A stretch of DNA of 64,000 nt from Eledone cirrhosa (taxonomy: Eukaryota): positions 114,576,001 to 114,640,000 of the forward strand of contig OZ024741.1 in NCBI GenBank assembly GCA_964016885.1, written 5' to 3'. The notes beneath the pieces are model-generated. The model saw only the letters and a program-made list of their open reading frames with translations, was not told the origin of the DNA and searched no databases. Shown in pieces: positions 12,133 to 24,039 of this stretch. The translations under genes were made by a program, and so were the position numbers. How positions within the stretch are numbered: the stretch's first letter is position 1; every line of letters begins with the position of its first letter.

Positions 12133-12527
12133 TTTCTTTAGAAATACGAAATTCAAATACAAATTTGTATACAGTTATGTTCGAAGCTAAATTTTAATTC
12201 TATTATATTTTAAGTTATACAGCTTCATATGCAAATGAGATTAATAATTATTTGCACAGACGGAAAAAAAACTATATATTTTCGCCTGTTTTCAGAGTCC
12301 GGCAGTGGCAAGAGCGGGAGAGATCGTCCTCAAGAGAACCACTTGAGTTCGAAATGCATCGACGATTGTCCCCCTTGCTTCTGCCGGGCACCACCTGGTG
12401 GCGTTAGCTGCCAGTGTGTTATTCATAGGTATGGCTTTCTAAATGTTTATTTATAAACATACCGTATTTCTTTAGAAATACGAAATTCAAATACATATTT
12501 GTATACAGCTATGTTCGAAGCTAAATT
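12133..12527 (+). repeat. Unclassified ~334-bp repeat unit with ~60-bp terminal redundancy
   Basis: TTTCTTTAGAAATACGAAATTCAAATAC..GAAGCTAAATT occurs at 12133-12193 and 12467-12527. The same family is at 28776-29448. Confidence 0.85.
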
Positions 12528-12677
12528 CTGATTATATAATTCACACGCACAGATATATTTCAAAAGAAAATTAGTTTTATTAAATTATATTATACACTGT
12601 ATTCATACTATTATTTTTTTCTAGAGAATTAATAAACTTAATCTCCATGCATCAATATTTGTCGCACGTTCATTTTT

Positions 12678-13369
12678 AATATTATAAAGCAGCAGAATGG
12701 AGAAATTTCATTATCGGATCAGATGGGTGAGAATTCGGATCTGGTACACGTATTTTACCAGGTTCCACAATTTCAGTCTTGGACATCCGTCGATTCTAAC
12801 GACGAGTGTTCCAGATGGTCGAACAATGCTCCCCATTGCTCGTGAAATTAACGTGCAAGTGTTCGAACATTCCACTGACACGTGTACCCTTAACACGATT
12901 CTTAGGGAGATTCAACATGACATAATGTGTGATAAGGCAGGACCTTTGAATTACAAGTAGAACTACTTTTTTTTTTTTCTTTTGGCAGTTGAATTGAATA
13001 GAATAACGTGAAATAAATTGTTACCGGGAATAGAACTGACAACTTTACAATCAGTCGAACACTCTAACACGCGCCTTACAATACAATACAAATTAAATAA
13101 TCGACGTCAAAGGGCTTGTCATGTCACACATTGTGTCATGCCGAATCCCGCGTTAAAGGTACACGTGTCAGTTGAATGTTGGAACCCTTGCACGCTAATT
13201 TCACGAGCAGGCTAAACTGTTGTTCGAACATCTGGAACACTCATCGTTAGAACCGACGGATGTCCAAGATTGAAATTGCGAAACTTGGTAAAATACGTGC
13301 ACCAGATTTGAACTCTCGCTTATGTGATCCGATAACGAAATTTATCCATTCTGCCACTTTGTAATATTA
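12678..13369. repeat. Inverted duplication, ~265-bp arms, ~157-bp spacer, diverged (roughly 80% by eye)
   Basis: 12678-12949 is the reverse complement of 13107-13369, e.g. TCTTGGACATCCGTCG / CGACGGATGTCCAAGA and ACTGACACGTGTACC / GGTACACGTGTCAGT. Confidence 0.9.
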
Positions 13370-14394
13370 TTTGATGTCGAGGCCGTGGTACATGGATTAA
13401 ATTTTACTGTGTGATTAAAACGTTCGCTTTGCGACTTTGTTATATCAGGTTCGACCTCACTGTGTGACAGCTTGCCTATATGCTATTGTTCAAGTTATTT
13501 GCTAAGAATCGAAGTGAGGACCTTACGGTCGGGAACTAAACACCTTAAATACGTACGTTCAGTATTAATATTTAGATTTAATCTTTATAAATATGAAGTT
13601 TCTACACTAATTACCTTATTTTAATTACAGTTGACTTGTCTTCGTAAATGAAAACACAAGGGAAAAGAATGAAATTGTTTCTTTGTAATAGCTGACACTT
13701 GTTGAAAGTTTGACAGTTTTCGCAGAACTGGAAGGTCTAATAACATTTATCCATACAGAAAATGCAATTATTCCTTAACGGTAACTCCTACATAGACACT
13801 ATGTAAAATGAAAGGAACAGAATTTTGTTTTTCGCCACAGGAAAAATCTGTTCTGAATATGGAATGATGTAATTTAGTTACAGAGGAAACCTTTTCTGGA
13901 AATTTTGATACAAAAGGAAGTCAATAAGGTGATTTTCAGGAAGAGATTGTTTCCAGTCGTCTTCCCATTGCTGATATTTGGACTTAGAACGTACAGTACC
14001 GGAACATAATATCGTAAGTTATTCCATCCGATACTTTACCAATTCTATTAATCCACTCTCTCATGTCTGGTACTTTATTGACCCAGAAAGGATGAAAAAC
14101 AAATTTGAGCTCGGTAGGATTTGAACTCAGAGAGCTGGAACAAACAGGGACATTTAATCTAATGACGCTCCAATGACTGCCAATCAGCTGCCTACAAATC
14201 TCATCAAAATTCAGTCTACAAATTATATCAAAGATGCAGAACTAAATAAAAAAATCACGAAATGAAAAGTTCAAATTCTGCCTGCAGATCAATGTTGAAC
14301 AACAAATAAGTCATAAGAGAAGTAACTTTCTTAGGATCCAAAAGTTAAGACCCTACTTAGGTAAATTGTCTTGGAACCATCATTACCATTATAA

Positions 14395-14552
14395 GGGCAG
14401 TGGATTGGCAGAATTAGTAGAGTATCGGATAGGATGCCATTGCTGTATTTGTTCTAGCTCCCACCGAGGTCATCTTTGCCTTTCGTCCTTCCGTCAAGCA
14501 CTAGGGTTGATTTTCTCCATTTTGCTGGGCTTGTGTCTAAATGAAAAAATCA
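14395..14552 (+). mobile_element. SINE with probable short TSD (ATTACCAT)
   Basis: GGCAGTGGATTGGCAGAATT head, CTTTGCCTTTCGTCCTTCCG core and TTGCTGGGCTTGTGTCTAAA tail. ATTACCAT lies on both sides. Confidence 0.6.
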
Positions 14553-15217
14553 ATATTACCATAAATGAAGCGAACCGTCTATTCTTACATTTTGTTATTC
14601 GGTGATCGTCACATATAAACGTTTATACATGTTAACGTGGTGGCTCATCAAGTTGACATACATGCACAAATACACATATATACACGAACTTGCTGGCACA
14701 CAGGCATATACACATTTTCAGGCATACACATATATATGCACTCATACAAATACAGTTTCTGAATTTGAACTTATACATTAACTTACACTCTCAAACGTAT
14801 TCACACACCCTAACTTTCACCCCCACACACACATACACGTATTCTAAAACATAAGAAAGCAATGTTATAATATGAATTGAAACGAGAGTGAGCAGTTGAC
14901 ACTGCTAAATTAGATACTAAATGTCGTGTGATTAAATACGCCTTAGTAATTTAAAATGCCAATAAATTTAATGGGCTTTTGATATTTTCAAATCCTTGGA
15001 AATTAAATGGATTACAAAATTCTAGTTTGAGAGATTAAATAGGAGATGAAAATAACAAACTGATGTAAAATGAATAGAATGAAATATTTCAGCTTATTTT
15101 GATGGCTGACAGTAAAGGGAACATAAATAATCACAGTGGGCTGGTTTTAGTAAATGACAGTCATCAGGTTGGTTTCAGAATGAATGTAACTGAAACATAA
15201 GGATTTATTTGCTGTAT

Positions 15218-15490
15218 GTCAGAGCTCAGTTTACCGAACCAACATCTTGACAATATTATACAACAGAACAAGTCAGGCTCAGTTTACCGAACCAAGATCG
15301 TGACAATATTTAACAGCAGGACAAGTCAGGACTCAGTTTATCAAACTAACATCTTGGCAATATGTCATAATAGAACAAGTCAGAGCTCAGTTTACCGAAC
15401 CAACAACTTGGCAATATGTCATAACAGAACAAGTAAGAGCTCAGTTTACCGAACAAAGATCTTGGTAATATTTCATAGCAGAACAAGTAA
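15218..15490 (+). repeat. Minisatellite, 54-bp unit x5
   Basis: CTCAGTTTA recurs at 15225, 15278, 15332, 15386 and 15440. Confidence 0.95.
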
Positions 15491-15638
15491 AATAGCCGAG
15501 TCAGTGGAAAGGTTGGAGGTAGCTTTCATCGAAAAAAATATATTCCATCAGTTTTGACGATGAGCATTCAGTTATTCGATCAAATGAACGTTCAATTCAT
15601 GAACTAAGGTATATGTTATTAAATATTTTGTTTATCTA

Positions 15639-18600
15639 TCTATATACTACTAAAACTCTGATCTTGCGTGCTTGCTTGAGTGCTTGCTTGTCTGTTATGT
15701 AATACAGCCAAAAGGGTGCATAATGGGTTACTTTGAAAGCAAGTTACCTCTGAAATGGGAATACAAATTGAATAAAACAAGTTTCGCGAAAATCTGACCC
15801 CGGGTTCCCGAGATTCGCGGGTTTTGGGGGTACCTTCGGAAATAGCCACAACGGTGCATACTGGGAAAATACCTCGAAATTAACATAACCCAGCAAAACT
15901 TCGTAAATAGCCAAAACATTGCATAATGAGAAAATACTCTGAATAAAATAAGTTTGGCGTAAATCGCACATGGACAATATCTTCAATTTTCCCAAAATAG
16001 CAAGGAATTCATCTAAATCCAATTTATCTTATTTTATAACGAATATCGAAAGAAATAATCCGTTTGTTTTTTTGGTTGTCCATTCTGTAGGTAAGAGAGA
16101 CTGAGAGGGGGTGAGAAAGAGAGTGAGAGGATGAGAGAGGGAGATGACAGATAGGGAAAGAGACAGCGTCCTTAACTTTTATTTATTTTAACTCTCCCCC
16201 TCTCCATAACGTTATTTCTTTCTCTCTCTTTCACAGTTCTACTGCCACCGTGTGTATCTGTATGTGTGCCAGTGCATGTGTTTACGTAATTAGACGTGTG
16301 TGTGTGTAACAGTACTTAAGTTAGAGACATATATATATTTGTGTGTGTGTGTGTGTGGGATACTTTCGTAAATAGCCAAAACGGTGCATAATGTAAAAAT
16401 AAGTGATATAACCCTGTAAGTGATATAACCTTGAAATTGGGATAAAACAAGTTTGATGTAAATCGACATAACCTATTTTCATCATTCGAGAAATATTTTT
16501 AATAATTATTAAAAAAAGATTTTTCAGTGATTTCTCAGTGAATATGATTTCAAAACTAAAAGTTGTTTGTACTTCAAGTATCTATATTTGAGCTTTCTTT
16601 AAACAGACGATATTTTAATTATCAGAATAGCATTAAGTGAATATCACTGAAAAATACCAGTTGGTGTTAAAAAGAATATTTCAATTATTTAGAAATATTT
16701 TAAAGTGAATTTGATTTCACAAATAGCTTTATTTACATAGACAATATCTTCATTTTTAAAAAAATTATTTTCAAGTGAATACGATGGAAAAAATATTCTT
16801 AAGTGAAAATGACTTAAAAAATACAAATTATTTGAACACCGAGTATATATATTTCAGCTTTCTTTAAACAGAATATTTTAATTATTAATAAGTATTTTTT
16901 AAGTGAATATGATTTGAAAAATACGAGTTGTTTAAACAGACAATATTTTCATTATTTAGAAATATTTCTAAATGATGATTTAAAAAAAATATTTGTTGAG
17001 GTAATAGGAATTTTTTCTAAGGTGATTACGATTTTCGATTCTTAAATAATGCCACGACGAGGAAGAAAGAAAACATTTGGTTGGAAAGAAAGCACGGCTA
17101 AGGAGACCCGAAGAAGGTGAGCAAGATAGTGGTCAACGCCAACAAGATCGGGACAGGCATGCGAATAGAAGAATCGATGAGACTGATAAAGCAAGGGCTG
17201 CGCGTCTGGCGGTACAGAGGGAAAGAGACAGAAGCAGGAGATATCATGAATCGGATGGTCCGAGAGCTGAGCGTCAGGCAGAACAGGGAAAGAGACAGAA
17301 GCAGGAGAGATCATGAAACGGATGGTCGGAGAGCTGAGCGTCTTTGCCAACAAACCATTAGGGATAGAGCAAGGACAGTTCAACGACGTGACCTCTCTGC
17401 TGATGTTGGACAGATGAATAAGATCTGTGTCTGTTGTCATGCAATGCTTTTTCATGGTGAAACTGCTAACTTTTGCTGTATGAATGGAAAAGTCAGGTTG
17501 GGGAATCTGCAGCCTTTACCCCAGGAACTTCACAGTTTATTTAGTACTGATCAACCTAGGGCAAACGAGTTCAGGATGAACCTCAGACAATACAACTGCT
17601 TGTTCCAAATGACATCTTTTGGGGCCGAAGAAGTTCGTTCCTCAAGGAGTGGATGGAATCCTTCTATCGTTATTCATAGTCAAATTCACCATTACATCGG
17701 TTCCTTAACCCCTAATCCCAACGAACAACCCCAATTTCTTCAAATTTACTTTTTGGATCCTCAGGATAGTGTTGTTTGAGGATCAGGATACTCTATAACG
17801 ATGGCATTCAGCGCGACATAGTTGAATTATTGGAAATAATACTCAGACAATATAACCCTTACGTTGCTTCATTTCGAATGGCAAAAGAACAAATTAAAAA
17901 TATTCCCGAAGCTTCGATTATTATTGATCCTGATAGGAGACCAGCAATAGAACATGAGAGAAGATTCAATGCACAAACTGCAAACGAAGTTGCCGTTATT
18001 ATACAAAACAGCACCGAACTTCAAGCAAAAGCACGGCACATTAAGGCGGACAATTGCAAATAATCTCAGAGTCCCATCGGTCCTATGACAGTTTGCAGTA
18101 TGTTCTATTTTTTCCTTTTGGCGATGATGGATGGCATCATGAGCTGTTAATGAGCAACAGCAATAAGTTGACGCCAATGCGCTACTATGTCTATCAAATA
18201 ATGAACCATGAGAATGAATTCAACCAACCTCTCAAAGGCGGTCGTTTATTTCAGCAATATTTGGTTGACATGGCTGCGAAGATTGAAGGAGATGGACTGC
18301 AATACATCCGAATGAATCAAACATCATTGCGATCTACTACATACAAGGGCCTTACTGACGCATTGAATGATGATGAAGATTTTCGCAATATTGGCAGGCG
18401 AATCATACTCTCTTCCACATTTGTCGGTGGACAGAGATATATGATGGAGCGATGCCAGGATGCCATGATGTACATACGGAAGTACGGCAATCCTTCGTTA
18501 TTCATCACAATGACATGCAATCCAAACTGGCCTGAAATCCAGCAAAACCTATTCCTGAATCAGAAGTCACATGACAGGCCAGATTTAATTGCCAGAGTAT

Positions 18601-21600
18601 TTGACCTGAAGCGGAAACTGATAAGAAAGTATCTTACTGGAGTAGATGGCCTATTTGGCAAGTGCATAGCTTACGTGCTGACAGTCGAATATCAAAAGCG
18701 AGGTCTTTCTCGTGTGCACTGTTTGCTATGGCTCAATGAAGCCCCCAAGCTCAGACCGCAGGAATATGATCAATTTGTTCAAGCCGAAATACCAGATCCA
18801 AACAAAGATCCAGAGGGTCATGAATTGGTGCTGAAGCACATGATCCACAGTCCGAATTGCTCTAACAATTCGCCGTATTGGAAAGATGGAACGTGCAGTA
18901 AGCGGTACCCTAAGCCTTTCAATGAATATACATTGTGTGGAGAGGACTCTTATCCTGTGTATAGAAGACGGTCTCCAGGAATGGGAGGATTTGAGAGGCA
19001 CCAAGAAGGAAGGGGAAGCCGAAATATAACTTCGGAATGGATGGTTCCCTAGAATATGAAACTATTAAAGCTGTTCAACTGCCACCTAAACGTAGAGATG
19101 TGCTCTTCCGTGAAATCGATCAATACGTTATCAAATATACCATGAAGGGCAGTGATCAGGCAATGTTTGGAGTGAACAGGGAAGATGAGGTAATATAGTA
19201 TTTAACAGGAAGATATATCGGTCCTTCAGAAACTGTTGCCTTGGTACTTGGATTTCCAATTCATGAGAGAGAACCGGCCGTAGTTCGCCTTCAAGTTCAT
19301 CTACCTGAGGAAAATCAAATCTTCTTTCGGGTCAATGCTGCTGTTATAGTAAACAATAACATGGCTAAGACGACTCTGACTGAGTTCATGGATCTTTGCG
19401 ATCGCGATCCGTTTGCAAAAACATTGTATTATGCCGATGTGCCAAAGTTTTACACTTGGGGTAATAAGAGGTGGGAAAGGAGAAAGGTGGGGGAAAACAG
19501 TTGAGCAGTATCCAGGGATTTTTGAGGCGAACGTTTTGGGACGAGTATACGCTGTTTCTCCACGAAGTGGTGACCTGTATTATTTAAGACTCCTTCTGCA
19601 TCACGTCAAAGGGCCAGTATCCTTCAACTCTTTGAAAATGTGTGATGGAGAACTCTTGCCATTATTCAAAGACGTCTGCAGAGAGAAAGGTTAGCTTCAA
19701 TCGGATGATCATTGGCAGCAGACTCTGGAAGATGCTGAGCGAACAAGGCTTCCCAAAGCCATGAGAGATCTATTCATCGTGCTCCTCACAAATACGGAAA
19801 TTGACAATTCCAGTGCTTTATGGGTTCGATTTAAGCATTCGCTGTCTGAGGATTAGCTTCAAATAGAAAAAAGGGCTACCAGAAACTCTAACCTTTTGAT
19901 TAGCGGGAGACATTATAATCAATGTCTTCTGTATTTTGAAGACAAACTTAACGACCTGGGCAAAAGTCTTAGTGACTTTAACTTGCCAAGGCCAAATAAT
20001 ATTGTTGCTAATCAGGATATTGGCAATTTGGAGTTATTGCATGAATTGCAATACACCAGAGAAGAGCAGCGATGATTTGTAGAAGAGACGGAGCCTCTAT
20101 TGAATAGTGAACAACACGTGTACGACTTCGTTTGTAACAGTTTAGAGACGAACACATCTGCATTGATTTTCATTGACGCTCCAGGTGGAATAGGAAAGAC
20201 ATTTCTGATTAACTTAATTCTTTCAAAAGTCAGGGGAAACGGTGACGTGGCTATTGCTGTTGCGTCATCTGGCATTGCCGCAACACTGATGCCTGGTGGA
20301 AGATCAGCGCATTCTAGGTTCAAAATACCGATATTAGTGAAAGAAAATGATCTGTGCAACATTGATAAAAACTCAAAGACGGCAAACCTCTTCCAGCATA
20401 CAAGGCTGATTCTTTGGGATGAGTGTCCTATGATTCGGAGGCAAAGCTTCGAAGCTGTTGACCTCACTCTGCGTGACATATACGACAACAATGAGTCATT
20501 CGGTGGAATTTTGACAATTTGCTGTGGCGATTTCCGTCAGCTTCTTCCGGTAGTGAAAAGGGGAAATGAAGCGGACGTGGAAAACGGTTGCATTAAAAAA
20601 TCCTGCTTATGGCGAAGCTTCAAAAGATTTCAGTTGAAGACAAACATGCGATTGGGTGGGGGAGCAGGAGACTATTCACAGTTCCTATTGGATATTGGAG
20701 AAGATAAGATAAAAAAAAACTGAAAATGAGGAAATTATTTTGCCAAAAGAAATGGTTCTCCAAGCAACAACTATGGAAGAATATATTGATTTCATCTACC
20801 CCTCATTCGACAATCCAGCTGAAGTGTTTTCGAACAATTGCATCTTAGTACCTCTCAATGAAATGACGAGAAGCATCAATTCCACCTGTATCAGACGCTT
20901 CCCTGGAACCATAAAAGAGTACCGATCCTATAATTCTGTGAGTGATGGTGCCAATGCCACTCATTTCCCGACTGAATTCCTTGATTCGGTTGAACTTTCA
21001 GGACTGCCACCACATAACCTGGAATTGAAAAAAGGATCGCCAATAATTCTTATGAGAAACTTGAATCCTCCAAGGCTTTGTAATGGAACGCGCATGATCG
21101 TGGAAGAACTGCACGACAATCTCATAGTAGCAAGAATCAACACTGCTGCTTTCAGAAATGAGATCGTTATGATACCTAGAATAAGAATTAATCTATCCGA
21201 AGGTGAGGATATCCCTTTGCAGCGAAGCCAATTCTCAGTTCAATCGTGCTTCGCTATGATAAAGCACAAGGACAAACTATGGAAAACGTCTTGGTTTATC
21301 TGGAACGACCTGTATTCCAACACGGTCAACTGTATGTAGCCCTTAGCCGCGGAAAACGAAAAGAAAATGTCAGAGTGTTTCTGAAGGATACCCAGTCAAC
21401 TAAGAATGTTGTCATCAAAAGCATTCTTTTGAACAAACTGTAACAGCGTAAATATGAGAAAATGTTGATTCCGACGTCAGAAAATAAGACAAGTAAGAAT
21501 AATTTCTTTCAAATTTTTGTAAATAAAACCAGCTTTTCATTAACATTGCAACTTTTTAAGCAGAAAAATCTTTCAGAACAAAGTTAAGCATCCATAGAGA

Positions 21601-22229
21601 TATAGAAAAAAGAATTTTGAAGTGGAGTGATTGGATAGCTATTAGTGAAAAATGATTTGATATTTTATTTGTGAAAATACTTGTGAATAATACAGTGAAA
21701 CGACAAGTTTCACGTAAATCGGACCACGGGTTCCCGAGATACGCGGGTTTTTTCGGGTACCTTTATAAGTAGCCAAATCAGCGCATAATGGGAACATTCT
21801 TTGAAAGTAAGGTACCATTGAAATGTGAATACAAACGCAGATAGTGGTTATGTGAGAGAGAGAGAGGGAGAGAGCTGGTGGTGTTGGTGAATGAAATTAT
21901 GACATGTGACTTCAAAGAATCGAATGCAGCATTACTGTATCTAGCTGGAATTTGGTGACTGAATATTAAGTTATATATATCTTATAACTTGTGTTAGGAC
22001 AGGATGTATGTGTGTGTGTGTGTGTCTGTAACCAGTGTATATAGGCCACAGACACCCATACACACAAACACATATATATATATATATATATACACGTACA
22101 TATACACATACACGTATATATATATTGGCTTGCCAATGTCATTTTACATTATATTCATTTTGTGTATATTTTAATTATTTAAAACTTATTTTTAAGTGAA
22201 CATGACCCAACGGGTCACGGGTGGTCTAG
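15639..22229 (+). mobile_element. Helitron (full length, decayed autonomous type)
   Basis: 5' end is A|TCTATATACTACTAAAAC. The 3' end has the hairpin TGACCC-AAC-GGGTCA (22203-22217) followed by CTAG|T (22226-22229). The element encloses a RepHel coding region. Confidence 0.92.
17049..21443 (+). pseudogene. Helitron Rep/PIF1-helicase (RepHel), multiply disrupted
   Basis: R/E-rich N-terminal repeats and Zn finger CVCCHA..FCCMNGKV. Rep motifs: LFITMTCNPNWPEI, VEYQKRGLSRVHCLL (first HUH His replaced by Arg), YVIKYTMKG. PIF1 motifs: DAPGGIGKT, SSGIAA, WDECPM, GDFRQLLPV, LMRNL..LCNGTR, KAQGQT, HGQLYVALSR. Several stops and frameshifts. AATAAA at 21522. Confidence 0.97.
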
Positions 22230-22415
22230 TATACTACTAAAACTCTGTGATTGCTTGCTTGTCTGTACTGTAATGCAGCCAAAAGGGCGCATAATGGGAA
22301 AATACTTTGAAAGGAAGTTGACCCTGAAATGGGAATACAAATGGAATAAAACAAGTTTCGCGTAAATCGGAGCATGGGTTCCAGGGATAAGGGGTTTTTC
22401 ATGGAAACTTCATAA

Positions 22416-22453
<38 letters not shown>

Positions 22454-22659
22454 TGGTTGTGAGAGAGTAAATCGAAATAGAGACATAGAGAGAGGAGAAG
22501 GAGAATGTTCTGTATATATATATATGGGCCTTCCAGTTTCATTTCATATTATATACATGTCTGTGTATATTTTAATTATTTAAAAATTATTTCTAAGTGA
22601 ACATGATGTTAAAAAATATTTTGAAGTTAACGTGGCCCAACAGGTCCTGGGTGGTCAGG
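22230..22659 (+). mobile_element. Short non-autonomous Helitron of the same family (first 4 nt displaced to 15635-15638)
   Basis: Begins TATACTACTAAAACTCTG..GCTTGCTTGTCTGT, matching 15643 onward. Ends TGGCCCAACAGGTCCTGGGTGGTCAGG, a degenerate copy of the 22203-22229 end. Confidence 0.85.
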
Positions 22660-22761
22660 TTTAACATAAATCTCATGAAAATTCAGAGTGGTACAACATA
22701 TGACATGGCTGAAACTTTGTATTATAGGTACAATTCTGATATCCTCCGCAGTATTTCCGTT

Positions 22762-23988
22762 TCAAAATGTTTGTGCTGACCGACCCGTGACTATGGTAAA
22801 AACACTAGACTCATAATGCCCTGCACTGGGATCGAACTGTGTGTTGATTTAACCCTGTGATGGACTGGCGTCTTCTCCAGGGGGAAGTCTTGTACTCTCA
22901 GTCGTTTCACGCCACGGAAACTGGGATAAACACCAACTTGATGAACCTCCAGGCTTGAGACATACATTAGACTTTAGATTACTTGATTGGTACTCTTATG
23001 TTTGAAATGCAAAAACAACCTAGGTGGGATATAAACTAAAAATGTCATCGTTTATCTGCTGTGACACAGATATAATCTTTCACCACCGACTGCAGCTGTG
23101 ATTATCGGTGGAACATGAACCTCAGGTGGAATTTGAATTCAGAACGCTCGGACAGATACCACGAAATATGTCGTTCGACACTCTACTAATAGAGAGAGAG
23201 AGAGAAACTGACTCTATCTCTATTGGTATAAGAATTTGTGAAATTATAAAACCAGAAGAACCTACCTACCTACTTACCTACCTATCTACCTACCTATCTA
23301 CCTACCTATCTATCTACCTACCTTGTTAATTGATGGTGCAAATGATTGACACAGTCGTTAAGACGTTGAATGAAATATCTTGTGGTGTTTGTCCGGCTTT
23401 CATCGATCTGGTTTGAACTCCCACAACTTTGCCTTTCTTCCATTCGAAGATAGATAAAATATAGTACGATTTCATGGCGGTGTATTAGTAGAGTGTCGAA
23501 CGACATATTTCGTGGTATCTGTCCGAGCGTTCTGAATTCAAATTCCACCTGAGGTTCATGTTCCACCGATAATCACAGCTGCAGTCGGTGGTGAAAGATT
23601 ATATCTGTGTCACAGCAGATAAACGATGACATTTTTAGTTTATATCCCACTTAGGTTGTTTTTGCATTTCAAACATAAGAGTACCAATCAAGTAATCTAA
23701 AGTCTAATGTATGTCTCAAGCCTGGAGGTTCATCAGGTTGGTGTTTATCCCAGTTTCCGTGGCGTGAAACGACTGAGAGTACAAGACTTCCCCCTGGAGA
23801 GGACGCCAATCCATCACAGGGCTTAACCCTCAGCTATTGCTGGTATTCCTTTTCAGCTGAGTCTACTGGAGCAACGTGAAATGAAGTGTTTTGCTCAAGA
23901 ACACAACACACAGTTCTATCCCAGTGCAGGGCATCATGAGTCTAGTATTTTTACCATAGTCACGGGTCGGTCGGCACCAACATTTTGA
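22762..23988. repeat. Young inverted duplication: arms 22762-23191 and 23483-23988, 291-bp spacer
   Basis: Near-identical reverse complements with few mismatches. The left arm lacks ~80 bp (23822-23903). The ORF track shows an identical peptide start on both strands (MEHEPQVEFEFRT..). Confidence 0.97.
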
Positions 23989-24039
23989 TAGATACAAGAC
24001 TCTTTCATTGCAATTTACACATCAACTAGGTAGATATGT

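Noticed and set aside
15216-15557. 113-aa ORF with 18-aa repeats
   Set aside because: It is explained by a 54-bp minisatellite. The first unit is out of phase and there is no clear splice or domain support.
23108-23566. Two ORFs with identical N-termini on opposite strands
   Set aside because: By-product of the inverted duplication of SINE sequence, with non-ATG starts.
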